From assembly GCA_030704615.1 (NCBI GenBank), contig CM060731.1:82708001-82772000 (forward strand): 64,000 nucleotides of DNA. The letters run 5' to 3'. The position numbers and the translations under genes are program-made. The notes under the pieces were generated by a model. The model ran no database searches and was not told the DNA's origin. It was given only the letters and a program-made list of their open reading frames with translations. Source of the DNA: Takakia lepidozioides (Eukaryota; Plantae; Bryophyta). Positions 26,573 through 40,360 of this stretch are shown here, one piece after another (the first letter of the stretch is position 1; every line of letters begins with the position of its first letter).

Positions 26573-27236
26573 CATCATCCCCCACAGTACCCCAGTATCA
26601 GGCACTACCCACAAGCCTTGAACCTCCAATTTGAACGTGTGCTTTGAGGCTGAACTACAGACATATCCAAGCCCTGCAGACCGAACTACTCATACCGTCG
26701 AATCTGCCAATGATAGACATTTCATCAGTGAACGCAACCCCTCTACAACATTAAACCCTAAACCCTAAACACTGACCTTTTCCAAACCACCCCCATCTTC
26801 TCACGGAGTTACAACTTACAACAAAAACACACATTCGTAGACAGAGCAGTGATCACAACCAGGCAATTTGATCCGGTAGCCATCTTTGTTTGAACGCAGA
26901 AGCTCAGCTCTTCCTCTCTCTCGTCGGTGTCGGCATGAACTCAGAAACGGCAGCAAATTTCTGGCCGCAATGCCAACCCTACAAATTCGCCGTTATTACC
27001 TCAACTCAAATCAGGCAAGTATATCCTCTTCTCAGCATTTGGGTGTGGGTTTCATGAATTCATTCATTCATTCCTCCTGGGAATTAGGCCCTGTCGTCTC
27101 TCTCTCCTCCATCCATTCATGGAGATCAGGTGAGACAGCACAAACTCAGCCCTAATTTCCAGGTGAGTCCATGTCGGCAAGGACGTGGCACAATGGTAGC
27201 GTCCCAACATGGCGCATGAAATTGCAATGTCAGATA

Positions 27237-27317
27237 AAATGACTTAAGAGGTGTAGAATAAGTGGGAGCCTCTGGCGCAAGTGAAATACCACTACTTTTA
27301 ACGTTATTTTACTTATT
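27237..27317 (+). rRNA. Isolated 81-bp fragment of nuclear 25S/26S rRNA (non-functional)
   Basis: AAATGACTTAAGAGGTGTAGAATAAGTGGGAGCC..GCAAGTGAAATACCACTACTTTTAACGTTATTTTACTTATT matches the conserved plant LSU rRNA segment as recalled; no flanking rDNA. Confidence 0.85.
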
Positions 27318-28189
27318 TTGGCATCCACCTCTTCCTTCCCGAGCGGTCCCTTAAAACCTTGTGCTCTACGTTTCTTGACATTAGGGTTACAGCACCAACG
27401 TCTGATCAATGTATACGTGGGGTATGATGTTCCTATTTAGTTGGAGAATTGAGGTGCTGGCGTCTGTCAGAAGTTGAAGTTTTCTATTGCATTTTAGTTT
27501 CTACACAACCTGGAAAAGAGAACTTGCAAAGTTACAGGCTTGCTTCTTCTCGTCATTGTGGTATTTATCAGACATCTGCGCTATGATTGCACATGAAGAA
27601 TAGGGCGAGCATGCAATAATCAGGTATTGCGTGACTCCAGTCATAAGTTGGAAACGCTTTTGCTTCACCCTTCATTTGTTCTGGATCACAGTGCGGAAAG
27701 TTAATGGGATTCAGCAGAGAGGACCAAGGCTTTGTGTATGTTCTCTTGTTTACTTCAGGTGCTTTTTTCCAGTTCGTTTTCTGCAAGGCTTTTGGTTGTT
27801 TTCGTCATCGTACATCTCTGCATTCTGATTTTGTTCCCTTCTCATGAAAACATGAAACAAGTTTTGATGTCAATGTGATGTGTTCTGACGATTTCAATTA
27901 TACCCTGATATACAGATTTACACGAAGTGGTTGATTAACGTATTGTTGACAGATCAGACTGCATAACTTAGCTGACCTGTTATGAATGCTCAATTAATCT
28001 TTGCTCTGGTAATTTCCAAGGAGGTTGACCATTTAAAATACGGGTTATTAGTAGGATCAAGTCAGTGTAGATGACAGACTGAAAAACATTTGCAGTGCAT
28101 TCAGGGTTTTACGTTTGAAAATGCGGTTGGATAACATTAATAAGCTGTGGTAAAAATAAAGCGCAGGTACTATCCGTCATTTAGCAGGC

Positions 28190-31100
28190 ATGCGCTTCCT
28201 GCCTGTCTCTAAACTGGACCAGATTCTCCGCACAGCTCTTTCACACTTCTGGGGCAAGACAGGTTCCATAGACACCTTCGGGGCAAAGAGGAAAACACGG
28301 GCTTTGTCGTCGAGCCATTGCTGTGGAAGCATCTACATTCAACCTAAGCGACAGTTGTCTGTTTTTCCAATCTTTTGTGCCGATGTTGTACAAACAGGGA
28401 GATGGAGGGGATTTTTTCACACAGGCCGCAGGTTTATAGGAACAACAGTTGAGATACCGAGGTGGGGCAGTATGGGGGCTGAGGTGCGCCCAAGGCAGGG
28501 TTTCACTGAAAATCTGTTTCTTGCCTGGAAGGCATGGCAAGCGAATAATCGGGAGACATTTTATCTGGAATTGAGAGAGCTTTCATGTCCAAAGTTCCAT
28601 TTAGGAACTCTATGGAGACCAGCCATTTTTGTCAGTTTGGCTGACAATAAAGGTCAGGTATATTGGTCTGCAACCTGCCTTGATGGTGAGTTGATTTAGC
28701 AAATGGTTTGGAAGTGGGGAAAAGTATGTCACCACTTCAATAGGAGGGTTTGTGCTAGTATTTTCTTCATATAATTAATCCTTGTGTCCTGATGACTGCT
28801 TGCATGCATCGAATATGAGTTACATTATGGGGTAGGATTTCAAGCTTGAAGAAGGCATTTCCATCACTAGACATTGATGGAGCATATATGTATGGAGGAG
28901 ACTATGATTGAGCCTTTACACATGTGCAAACATGTATGGCTTCTGCATGGTTGTTTTGAAATTGGTTGTATGTGCTCTTCAGATTTTGATGCGCTCGCTG
29001 GCATTGCTAGGAGCAGAGGCAATTCTACGGCAAGCCAAGACATCAGTGGTGGCTGAGCAGCTGCATGGCAGTAGCGAGTTGAATAGTCAACGGCATCCTC
29101 TGAGCTATAAGACACTTTACCGTGTGGTAAGTGAGTTGGCAGTATTGTAGCAAACTGAGATGGCCACCTCAATGAAGTGTGTGCATATAGTGCTTGTGAT
29201 CTTCTGTCTTAAAACTGTGTGCGGTGTGCGAACAGATACATGTGTGCCTCCCCCTTCACTCTTTATAGTCAGAATCTCCCCGAGTGTTTTTTTGACAGTT
29301 TGAGATGAATGGCACAAGTCTTTGTGCCACTCTTATTCTAGTATGCAGCTGTCAAATGTTATGCAATCTGAGGGATCATGTCAAGATGTATACTGATGTC
29401 TGGAATTTCTGCCATCTGACATTACAGCAGGACCTACCTAGTGAGATGAAGTATCAACTTATACTGGCACACATGCTTGTTGGTTGGCTTTTGGATTGGA
29501 AAGACAGTTGAATCAGTGAAGCTGATGTTGAGGGCACTCTATTTGATGGCCCTTTTTCTCCCATGCCTGCTCATTGGGACGTTTGTAGAGAAGACAGAAG
29601 GTCGTATCCGGACTTTGTGGATGCACATGCTCTTGAGTTGTCTTGAACGTGCAGGCAAGTATATGCTACTAATAACCTACCTTGTGAAATATGAGTAGCA
29701 AAGTGATTGCAGTGTCTGCTAGTAAGATTCTCGCATTTTAAAAGCCTCCAGCAGTTAACATCTTTTTTTTGGGTTACTGCTAAGTTAGCAGTGCCCTGGT
29801 TACGTAGGCAATGCACATATGAAGGTATCTGAGATATATGCAAGAACTATGCATTATGTACCCAATTTTAGTGAGTGAAAATCTTTGTGCAGTGAAATTT
29901 GTTTATTCCCCATGTTTCTGCAGTTTCATACATTTATGGGCACGTCTTCGACTATTCTCTTCTCGGTGAGGTTGGGGCTTTGATTACTAGTACATCTTTG
30001 ATGTTTGGTTGCTTGGTTGGTCAGGTCCTGCCTTCATAAAATGGGGGCAATGGGCTTCTACTCGCCCCGATATTTTCCCAGCAGATATCTGCAATGAGCT
30101 CTCCAAGCTACACATGCAGGTTGGGTGATGTTTTCTTAAAGTGTTGTCTAATTATGTTCTCAGTGCATTTTTAAACCTATCAATAGGGTACAAGTGTGGT
30201 CTGACAAGATTCAGAACCATTATCATGTGAGATTTGAGTCAAGATCACGGCAGAGAGAATGTACTCCATCCTGCTGCCAATGCTTCAGTGCAGGTGTTGC
30301 CTGAAACCTTATGAGTTGGCCATTGGAAACTGTTTAGTAACATGAACTAGTAGCGTTGCATTAGGTGGGCAGCGTCAAGCATACTTTGGTGTTGAACTAA
30401 GCCGCCCAAGTTATTTGGCATTGTTTGGGGAGATGTTGGATTTTCAAACAGATTATGTGTCCGCTTTCATGTAGGTTCACACCAGATAATGAATTCTAAT
30501 TTACCTAAACCAAGATTCTGTATTGCTTACTTGAGATGCACGGTGGGTGACAGGCCCCCAGACATAGCTATGCAGAAACGAGGAAGATAATGAAGGAAGC
30601 CTTTAGGGTGCCGATTGAAGAGATTTTTGATGAATTTGCTGAGGAGCCTGTAGCATCTGGTAGCATAGCCCAGGTATGCATGTTTTTGCTCTCAAAATTC
30701 TATCCCATCCTCGTTCTTTTGTCAGGGTCTTGTCAGTCTAACGTTGAAGGCGAAATGTGCTGCTCTGCAGCTCTGCATCCTGAACAATCGGAATTCCAGA
30801 ATTGCCAATTCCTTCGTATTGTTCCTTACTTGGTATCCCTGTGTGGAAGCTGGATTGATGTGTCATATGTTTCTTTCAGGCATAACGAGGAATTACAGTG
30901 TTTTACATTTGAACTCGTCCGCATCAGATATTTAGAAATTAATTTGCCTCCATTTAAGCTGATTTTTGTGTGCTCCTTGGCAGGTTCATCGGGCTGTGTT
31001 AAGGTCACCTCCTGGAAATGGCCCACCACTTGTTGTTGCTGTGAAGGTTGTGCTTTTTATGCTCTTATAACAGGCCTTGAGAAAGTTCAATAGCTTTATG

Positions 31101-34100
31101 AGCACCTTCTAGGGGGAAAAAGATCATGGGACAAATTTGTTAAAACAAGTTTTGATGATGACTGTTCATGGGTCATGGCTCTTGAGTGTTGGCCGGTTAT
31201 TACACCGATGTCTAATCACCTCTCACCAATTTTATATTGATGTAGGCATTGTAACCTAATTTTACTGTTCTGGTTTTGGACGGTATTTCTGTGGAGATCA
31301 TCTGTCATCTGCCTTTATATGTGGAAAGGGCAGGCGCAGGGAGTTGTATTTTGCTGCTATTACAGTATGCTTGATTACTGACTCAAGTGGTTGATATGAG
31401 GCTTTGATAGGTAGCTTTTACACCATTTGTCAAGCAGACCAGCAATCAGCTGTCATACTCCATGTGGTGTGTGTTAATTGATGGCTATAATTAACATGGT
31501 ATGAATTGGATGCAGGTTCGACATCCAAGAGTCAGCAGTATCATACAAAGGGATTTTGAAATAATCAAATTTCTAGCTAGGTTGTCAACACATGTCCCAG
31601 GTCTGCAACTCCTGCAATTGGACAAAAGTGTTCAGCACTTCGCATCCTTCATGACCAGGCAGGTGCGGATGCTAGACACAAAGAGAGTAGAGAGAGAGAT
31701 CACTTGTCATCATAGAGTCAAAGACTATGTAAAATCTAAGTTTAAGATCGGCTGTCTTTCACCCTAGACAAGCATGTTTCTCAAGGTCATCATAGATAGA
31801 TCCAGTCGCATATATTTGAGCTAAAGTGGTTAGTAGGTCATCCTGAAATGTTCAAGCTTTGGGGGACTAATAAGGTACCATGCCTTGGGCCAGAGAGGGT
31901 AAGATACGTGTGGAAAGACAATTGTATGGGATGAACTACAACTTGTACATGCTACCCACTTCTTAGCACCATTCAAACGAGGGTAATTGTTTGGCCCATT
32001 TCGCTTGGGTTTGATCCCTCACAGGGGAGGGGTTCAAACAATTTTTAGGGAAGCTCTATTCCTCAGTCCAGCACTCAAAATATCACCGGTCATCAGTAGT
32101 ACTTTTCTGGCATGTAGGGTGAGGCCATGAGTGTTGATACACTTCAGTATCTGCCCAAGGTGGGTTGGGCATTTGGAGGAGGGAGAGTCGTCTTTCCCTT
32201 TAGAATCCTAATAATTGTGTCCTTTTTAACTGTGATCAGGTGGATTTAACACTGGAGGCTGCTCACCTCCAAAGATTCATTTATAATTTCCGGAAATGGA
32301 AAAATGTATCATTTCCTTCCCCAATCTATCCCCTGGTCCATCCTGCAGTTTTAGTGGAGGTAAGATGCTTTGTCCCACTCTTCCCTAACTGAATCGTGGA
32401 TTTTTTTATTTTTTTTTTAACTTTTATTCTCCCTAAACCTCAAAGCAAACTCCACTTTAACATCTGTCCCTTTGCTTTTCTTGAATAATAACAAACATAC
32501 GCTTTTTTTTACGAATTTTTGTGGCTGTCAGTACCCGTGGTAGGTGGAGTGAGTGAAATCAGCAGCATCTTGATACTTTCCTTTGCATTGTAACTTGTTT
32601 CATAGAATCACGGCTTGTCGTTGGGTGGCTCGATGTTACCACAAGTGCTTCTGGTTTAGGATCTAATGCCCCACGGGCTTCATTTTTTGCAGACGTTTGA
32701 GGAGGGGCAAACAGTTGCAAATTTTGTGAATAAAGGGGTGCTGTCAAAAGTGCACTCACGGCTTGCACATATAGGCAGCAGTTGCCTCCTGAAGATGCTA
32801 CTTGTAAGCATGGCTATCCTATCTACCATGTTCTTTGCACTAGCAACTTTCAGACAGACACACTTCGGCCAACCTAGACATAGGAATCATCCTAAGCTGA
32901 CCTCTTAACAGTGTAATGGATGCCTTGATGGGGACACTGACCATGCTTGGTTTACCAACTGAATGGGTAAAGGTGAGGGGTTAAGAGGGGGGCTGAAATG
33001 GGTGTGACAGACAGATAATTTTATTCATGGGGACCTACATCCAGGCAATATCTTCGTCCGATTCAACCACAATCTACCCGAGGTTGTCCTCCTGGATGCA
33101 GGCATGACTGCAGAATTGAACTCCCACAGCCGTTTTGTAATGCTGGAACTTTTCAAGGTGATGGTTCTGTCCTCTGCTCTTCAAATGTGTGTGCATTTTC
33201 TTTCAGCTGCAATGTTCTATAGACATCATCTAACAAGGATAAATGTGTTCACACTAAGTACCAGATTTTCAGGGTGCTGTTTCTAGATACCAGCACCCAA
33301 GGTCATCAAAAAGTTAGAACTGGCTACTGCTGATTAAAGTCAGTGGAGTTGGTGAAGGTCTGGGCATATAGCCACTCTCCCATGCCAGAGCCTTCTCTGT
33401 GATAGTCGGTTTTAGCTTTGCCAGTTTTTAGCCCAACATTCAACATTCCACATTAACTTTATGAGCTGAATTGTTGGGCAGCACTCCGTGCATGTGCATG
33501 TTCTAATCTAGATTTGGGGGGAGCAGGCAGTTGCAAGCAAGAATGGGCAAGAAGTGGCAGCATGGACTTTGCAATTCGCTCAAGATCAGAGTTGTCCTGA
33601 TCCAGAGGTAAAGCTGCTCCGCATCTACAGTGATTGGACTTGGTATTTAAAGGTGATTTTGGGCAGACGGCTGTGGATGACAGATGTAGTGGAAACACAG
33701 TCATGAGGATGTGAAGAGTTCCTACTGCGGAGGCCTCTTTCAAAATAACCTAGAGTTGGCAAGCCGAGCTTCAAATGAGATGTGACAAACCATAATTTGG
33801 GTGTAGTAGTTACAGCTTGAAGGGGTGACAGTGATAGGCCCTCATGCTCATGGAAGTGGTCACCAAATGGGACCAGCCATCTTTTTTCTGTTTGTCTGCA
33901 GTGTGTGGTAGTTTTTGAAATTAGTTTGTCTTCTTTCTGATTGGAATAGCAGAGTTTCAAGCGGGATGTAGATGCAAAATTCAAACAATATTTGTCAGAG
34001 CGAGGGACCGCCAGGAGCACTGGCGAATGCATGACAGATTTGTTCGATCAAGTCCGCAAGCACCGTGTGAATATGGATGGGAATGTTTGCACTGTCATGG

Positions 34101-34645
34101 TCACCACCCTCATTCTTGAGGTTGTTTCCTCCCCCTTATTTTCTCCCCTTATCCGTCCGTGTCTCTGCCTCTCTCTATGAGTCTGTCGGCCACTCTTTCT
34201 CCTGCTCTGATTGGCCAGAAGGTGACATCACGTGATGTCTAAGTATGACCTGTCTTCTTTGTCACTGCGTAGCCAGCCTATGTTACTTGTTGACCATTCT
34301 CTGGTGGGTAGTACTGAATAAGAATATGGCCAACAGCTGGTAAGTCATGGTGGCAAAACTGGTGGTTATAGTAGAAACTTTTTTCTCCAGCAGTTTAATA
34401 GTCAGTTAAGTCAGTTCCCTTTGAACCGAATGTCCCATCAACCGTGGCAGACAAAAGTAGTTCGAAAAGGAAATCAGTACTATGCTACAAGTTTTTCAAA
34501 AACTGTTTCTGGATGGTGGCTGCAGGGATGGCAACGGAAATTGGATCCTGAGCTTGATATCATTCAGATGCTGGGGGATATGCTTTTGAGAGAAGAGTGG
34601 GCGGTGTCGTATGACTACACCATGCGTGCTGTTGCAGCTCCCTGA
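28190..34645 (+). CDS. ABC1/UbiB family atypical kinase (ADCK2-like, probably mitochondrial); internal exons include 29508-29654, 30025-30119, 30554-30673, 30984-31046, 31516-31662, 32240-32359, 32693-32803, 33011-33157, 33527-33607, 33953-34120, 34526-34645
   Basis: GPAFIKWGQWASTRPD (KxGQ), PVASGSIAQVHRA, VAVKVRHP, QVDLTLEA, DNFIHGDLHPGNI, LLDAGM, EGWQRKLDP. The first two exon boundaries are less certain. Confidence 0.9.
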
Positions 34646-35739
34646 GCCCATTAGTTTGTCCAGGGCAGGAGAAGTACGCTGGCTCCTGACCTCTATATCA
34701 TTCAGATGCCGGAGGATGCGCTACCGAAAGCAGAATGGGCAGTGTCTTGTGACTAATTGCTGTTACATGGTGCTAAGACCGCCACTATACCTGGAGAAAT
34801 GTTTGCCATAACGGTTTGCACAGGAAGTGAAATCTTCACTGTCGATTGGGTATGATATCTGGTCCTATGCTTCAAGTCCCCGTCAAATCATAGATGAACA
34901 TCTTACATCATTCACCTGCAGCCGTCCACACTCCTCACGCTATTTGAACAACAACACCTAAGGATTATACTATGCCGAGTTTAGAATCATATAACAGGGA
35001 CGCCTCCTATTCAACACCTCACCTGTCTGTATATCGCTCCCCCCTCATGTAGTGGTTCCAACAACTAAATTGCTGGCCACCTACCTGGGACCAGCGTATC
35101 ATCAATTGTCCAAAACCAACAACACAAATTTTCTATTGAGGGCTTAGACTGCAAATTGCACCACGAGCGGGAATTCTGTGTCACTCTACGTTCCATGTAC
35201 TTAGTCAGGCATGTGAAGGGATGTGACTCCAGATAGTAATGTGAGCTCTGGAACTGAAAACTGTTGCAAGCTCGAGAGGAAGACCAGCCAACGCCATTGT
35301 GACAGAGGAATTAGAGTGTATTCAGCTACACCCACGGTTTTCGAATACATGTTGGTGGCCTGTGCAAGCAGTGAATCATCCTCTGTACTCTGCAAGGTCA
35401 GACTACAAGTTTACAGGTGCTTGATTCATGAGTCCAAATTATACATGTCTGGTTCGTTGAGAATCTGTTGTACTGATCGTGACCAGCTCTTCTCTCATTG
35501 AGGCGCACGCTAATGGCCGTGACTGTTATTCTAGCGACGGCTGAAGGTCGGAGACTAGTTTAGCGTAGAGCAGGAATACGGTGCCATATTGCCACGTCAT
35601 CATCGTCATGCCACGTCGTCGTCGTTTTTCTTAAGAACCTGCCCGAAAATAATCGGGAGAGGTGTCCCGCGTGCTTGAGCGAGGAGGGGTTTCACACACC
35701 GATCTGGAGGGAGATCCTACATGGTGAATGCTGCACAAC

Positions 35740-36065
35740 CTTTTTTCATTTCTAAATGGGGACTGGCTGCAATCTGAGGATTCCAGCTCTACAATTCACT
35801 CCCAGAACCAAATTCGTCAAGGAAATATTCAATTCCCAAATACCCCACTTTGAATGAATCGGATGCAACGACACCGGTGCAACTGGCAACATTCTCGCTT
35901 ACAGATGTGCAGGTGAATAAGAATCCAGGAGGCTCGAAGAACAGTTTTAATGTCTCAGGTGTACTTCAGCTAGCAATTACATAAAGAAGCATCTTCTATG
36001 GAGGGGGCATTCACCCGCGCTTTGAGATGACCCTCGGTTTCTCGCAAATGAGCATCGAATTGGAG
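35740..36065 (+). pseudogene. Captured fragment resembling plant DUF2921 membrane-protein genes
   Basis: FSFLNGDWLQSE..PVQLATFSLTDV..SFNVSGVLQLAIT*..PRFEMTLGFSQMSIELE, recognised from memory of the DUF2921 N-terminal region; internal stop. Confidence 0.55.
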
Positions 36066-37059
36066 TTTGAATGAACAAAAGTAGGGTTGGGGTGCTTGCT
36101 GGAACAATCTAGGCTGTCATTGTCAACTGCTAGCAACAAGGCAATAGTGAACTCGTTTCCTCATCTGCACACAAGAATCACACAGTTGTTTATGTCAAAC
36201 ATTGGCTAGAGGCATGGATAGCTGAAGAGCAGGGATAGAGGGTGGGTCCAGATTCATCTAAGAGGGCTGGATCTCAAGCTCCAGATTACCTATGATTACC
36301 TATGGAAGGATAGGTACAAGAAACAGATGGTCAACTGGAAGCCGCAGCAGCAGCGGCACAATTGATAAAATCAAACATTGCTAATGAAGGCACCTTCTTC
36401 AACACATTTCATCCTGTTTTTCCCTCTTATCAGAATCGGCCCTAAATTTTCATGTTGAATTTTGCAAGTTAGCTGGTTGAGTGAACCTTTGATAGTTTGG
36501 AGTGACTGACATGATACTGCCAATGTGACAACAGGAAGTATCCAGAAATAGGTAACAGAGACGAGCCAACAGGCATTCATTTTTTTGCCTCGATTGTCCT
36601 ACCATTAACTGGGGTCAGAAAAGTATTCATTCCACAACTGAGTAGCAGATGCAATTGAGCATAGGAACTAATGTGATAAGTAGGGGGGTGTTTGCTGGAA
36701 CAATTCTAGGCTGTCATTGTCAGCTGCTAGCAGCAATGCAAAGATGTATGCATGATTTGTGCATGGATAGCTGAAGGAGCGGGGATAGAGTGTGGGTCCA
36801 GATTCATCCAAGAGGGTCGGACTTCAAGCTCCAGATTACGTATGTTTCCCTGTGGATCAATAGCTACAATAAACCTGCATGGGTAGATGGTCAACTAAAG
36901 GCAGCAGCTGCAGTGGCACAGTTGATAAAATCAGGCACCTCAACCATGATCACAGCTTATGAAAGAGGATCACGAGAGGGAGTCCACAATGCCTCTTCAG
37001 GCACTTCTAGGCATATGAAGATGCTTTATGTAGCAGGCAGATTGTCAGTGGCTCTTTAG

Positions 37060-38050
37060 ACTTTAAACCAAGGAGGCATTTCAGTAGATTTAGATAATGT
37101 CTGTCTCTTGCTTAAGTGCACCAAGATGGAAGGTCTGGAAGCTGGAAAGCAGGTGCACACTCACATTATCCAAAGTGGATTCACGTCAAATGTTTTTATA
37201 CTCAACACCCTTGTCGACATGTATGTTAAGTGTGGGAGCATCATGGATGCTCACCAAGTGTTCAACATAATGCCTCACGATCTTTGATCACGTGGAATAT
37301 AATGTTGGCAGGATTTACCAAGCATGGGTGTGGTAGGAATGCTTTGGAGACCTATGAGCAAATGTTGCGCGAAGGGGTGAAGCCCCACCACATCACAGTT
37401 GTTTGTGTTTGCAATGCGTGTGCAAGCCTGGGAACTCTGGAAAAGGGGAAAGAGGTCCATGGTGACATCATCAAAGCTGGAATTGTACCAGATGTCATTC
37501 TGAACACTGCCCTAGTGGACATGTATGCCAAATGTGGGTGCATTGAGGATGCGAAGGGAGTTTTCAACACTATGGCAACGAGATGTGGTGTCATGGAACG
37601 TGATGCTTGCAGGGTATGTACAGCAGGGATGTGGTATGGAGGCTTTGGAGACCTATGATCAAATGATGGGGGAAGGGGGGAAGCCCGACCACATCATGTT
37701 TGTGTGCATTTGTAATGCGTGTGCAAGCCACAGTCATTTGTGTTCTCAATGTTGGTGCCAACATGGTGGCCCTGGAGAAGGGCAAAGATATCCATGCTGA
37801 CATTATCAAAGTTGGAATTTCGTCATATATTAATTGGGAGACTGCCCTTGTTAACATGTATGCCAAATTTGGGAGTGTAAGGGAGGCCTATCTAGTGTTC
37901 AATAGTATGGCTGAGCGCCGTCTTTCTTGACCATTTGTGTGGGGCCATTCTTGCAGCCCTGGAAAAGGGTTAGGAGGTCCATGCTGCCATCATCAAAGCT
38001 GGAATTGAGCAAGAGACTACCCTTGTGGACATGTATGCCAAATGTGGGAT
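37060..38050 (+). pseudogene. PLS-class PPR gene fragment, frameshifted
   Basis: GKQVHTHII, NTLVDMYVKCGS, TWNIMLAGF, GKEVHGDII..NTALVDMYAKCGCIEDAKGVF, RDVVSWNVML. Confidence 0.88.
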
Positions 38051-38799
38051 AGATCCTTTCACGAATTCATGCTACATGTATTTGTGACGAGAAGCAGGGG
38101 GTTGCCCCTCTAGATATAAACCCAATTCAGAATAGTGTTGCCTTCCTGGAGGCCTAGTGTGCTGGTGTAGGAAACAAGCAAAATAGGATGGAAGCATACC
38201 AGGTGCTCCTGCCAAAGCTGCCAAGTTTGCAGAAAGGTTTGTGTCTTTTCTCTCTTTTCATGATGCAAGTGATGATTTGTTCTTCCGATTGGTTACTTGC
38301 CATGTTTGGAGGGTTCAGAAGTTAGTGACTTGTTCTCTACCTATAGAAATAAGAAGAGCAACAATCCTGGGATAGGAGCATGTGGGTGTCATGTAAAAGT
38401 TGTCTCTAATTCACTCCAAAATTGTCTGTTGTGGTTTTTGTGCTTGTAGACATGGAGCAATAATGAAGGACATACAGGCCAATCCTCAGAGCCATGGTGG
38501 CTAGTCCCCTGACCACAACGTAAGTGCTGCAACGGTTCTCTTTTCCGTCCTTTTCTCAAATGTCCATCTTCTATCATCATAAAAATTGCCTGGACTTGCC
38601 AGGTTACTGAAGCTTCCGTTCATTACATCTTATGAGTACATTCTCGATCCCTCTCTTGTATCTTACTTCACATTGTCTAGGGTATTCTCACCAGTGACCC
38701 TCTTAGCTTCTCGTCATCTCTGTTATCTGTTTCTGGATACTTTCCTGCTGCCACATCGGCAGTTACTTGTCAAAGTCATTCCAAACCACCACAGATCCA

Positions 38800-39850
38800 C
38801 CCAACGAGCTAACTTACAGAATTCAATATGCATCTCAGGGCCAAATCTGATGAGAGGGCAAAACAGGCTGAAATAGGTCGAAGAAGAAGGTGCCCTCACC
38901 ACATTGTCCTTGACCTTGTGGCATGACCCATGGAGGATTTGACCAACCATCAACCCGAAAGGATCTCATGTGTGTGCTGCTTGTGTTTGTAGTCAGGTAA
39001 TGTCGGATTGGTCTGTGAGAACCACCACGGTGCAGCTCAGCAGGCAGAGATTGTCGGAGGGCAAAAGGCTGAAATAGGTCGAAGAAGAAGGTGCCCTCAC
39101 CACATTGTCCTTGACCTTGTAGCATGACCCATGGAGGATTGACCGACCATCAACCCAAAAGGACCTCTTCACACGTCATTTGCTCATAGGTCTCTAGAGC
39201 CTCCATCCCGCACCCTTGCGGTGCATATTCTGCAATCATATGGAGGATTTGACCAACCATCAACCCAAAAGGACCTCTTCTGTGTGTTGCTTGTGTTTGT
39301 AGTCAGGTAATGTCGGATTGGTCTGTGAGAACCACCACGATGCAGCTCAGTAGGCAGAGATTGTCGGAGGGCAAAACAGGCTGAAATAGGTTGAAGAAGA
39401 AGGTGCCCTCACCACATTGTCCTTGACCTTGTAGCATGACCCATGGAGGATTGACCGACCATCAACCCAAAAGGACCTCTTCGCACGTCATTTGCTCATA
39501 GGTCTCTAGAGCCTCCATCCCGCACCCTTACGCTGCATATCCTGCAATTATATGGAGGATTTGACCAACCATCAGCCCAAAAGGACATCTTATGTGTGTT
39601 GCTTGTGTCTGTAGTCAGGTAATGTCGGATTGGTCTGTGAGAACCACCACGGTGCAGCTCAGCAGGCAGAGATTGTCGGAGGGCAAAACAGGTTGAAATA
39701 GGTCGAAGAAGAAGGTGCCCTCACCACATTGTCCTTGACCTTGTAGCATGACCCATGGAGGATTGACCGACCATCAATCCAAAAGGACCTCTTCGTACGT
39801 CATTTGCTTTGGAGACCCGCACCTTTGCGGTGCATATCCTACAATCATCG
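38800..39850. repeat. Tandem array of about 200-310 bp composite units (unknown exon-like piece plus PPR piece); a further unit at about 40630-40885
   Basis: GAAATAGGTCGAAGAAGAAGGTGCCCTCACCACATTGTCCTTGACCTTGT recurs near 38870, 39070, 39380, 39695 and 40700. Confidence 0.85.
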
Positions 39851-39869
39851 CACTCCACGACACCACATC

Positions 39870-40360
39870 TCATTCAACCATACTGTCCAACACTCATTTG
39901 CATCCTTGATGCACCCACATTTGATATACATGTCCACCAGGGCAGTCTTCAGAATGACATCAGGTATGTCAACCATAGTGTTGAAAACTCCCTTCGCATC
40001 CTTAACGCACCCACATTTGGCATACATGTCCACCAGGGCAGTCTTCAGAATGACATCTGGTACAATTTCAGCTTCGACGATGTCACCATGGACCTCTTCC
40101 CCCTTTTCCAGAGCTCCCAGGCTTGCACACGCATTGTAAACACAAACCAAGGTGATGTGGTTGCGCTTCACCCCTTCGCGCATCATTTGCTCATAGGTCT
40201 CCAAAGCATTCCTACCACGCCCATGCTTGGTAAGTCCGAATCCACTTTGGATAATGTGAGTGTGCACCTGCTTTCCAACTTCCAGACCTTCCATCTTGAT
40301 GCACTTAAACAAGAGACAGACATACGTATCTGAATCTGCTGAAATGCCTCCTTGGTTTAA
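39870..40360 (-). pseudogene. Inverted second copy of the PPR fragment
   Basis: ORF 39845-40312: EVGKQVHTHIIQSGF..GRNALETYEQM..KTALVDMYAKCGCVKDAKGVF, paralogous to 37060-37575. Confidence 0.88.

Noticed and set aside
26752-26770. Telomeric repeat
   Set aside because: Only about two units; at most a telo-box motif, not an interstitial telomere array.
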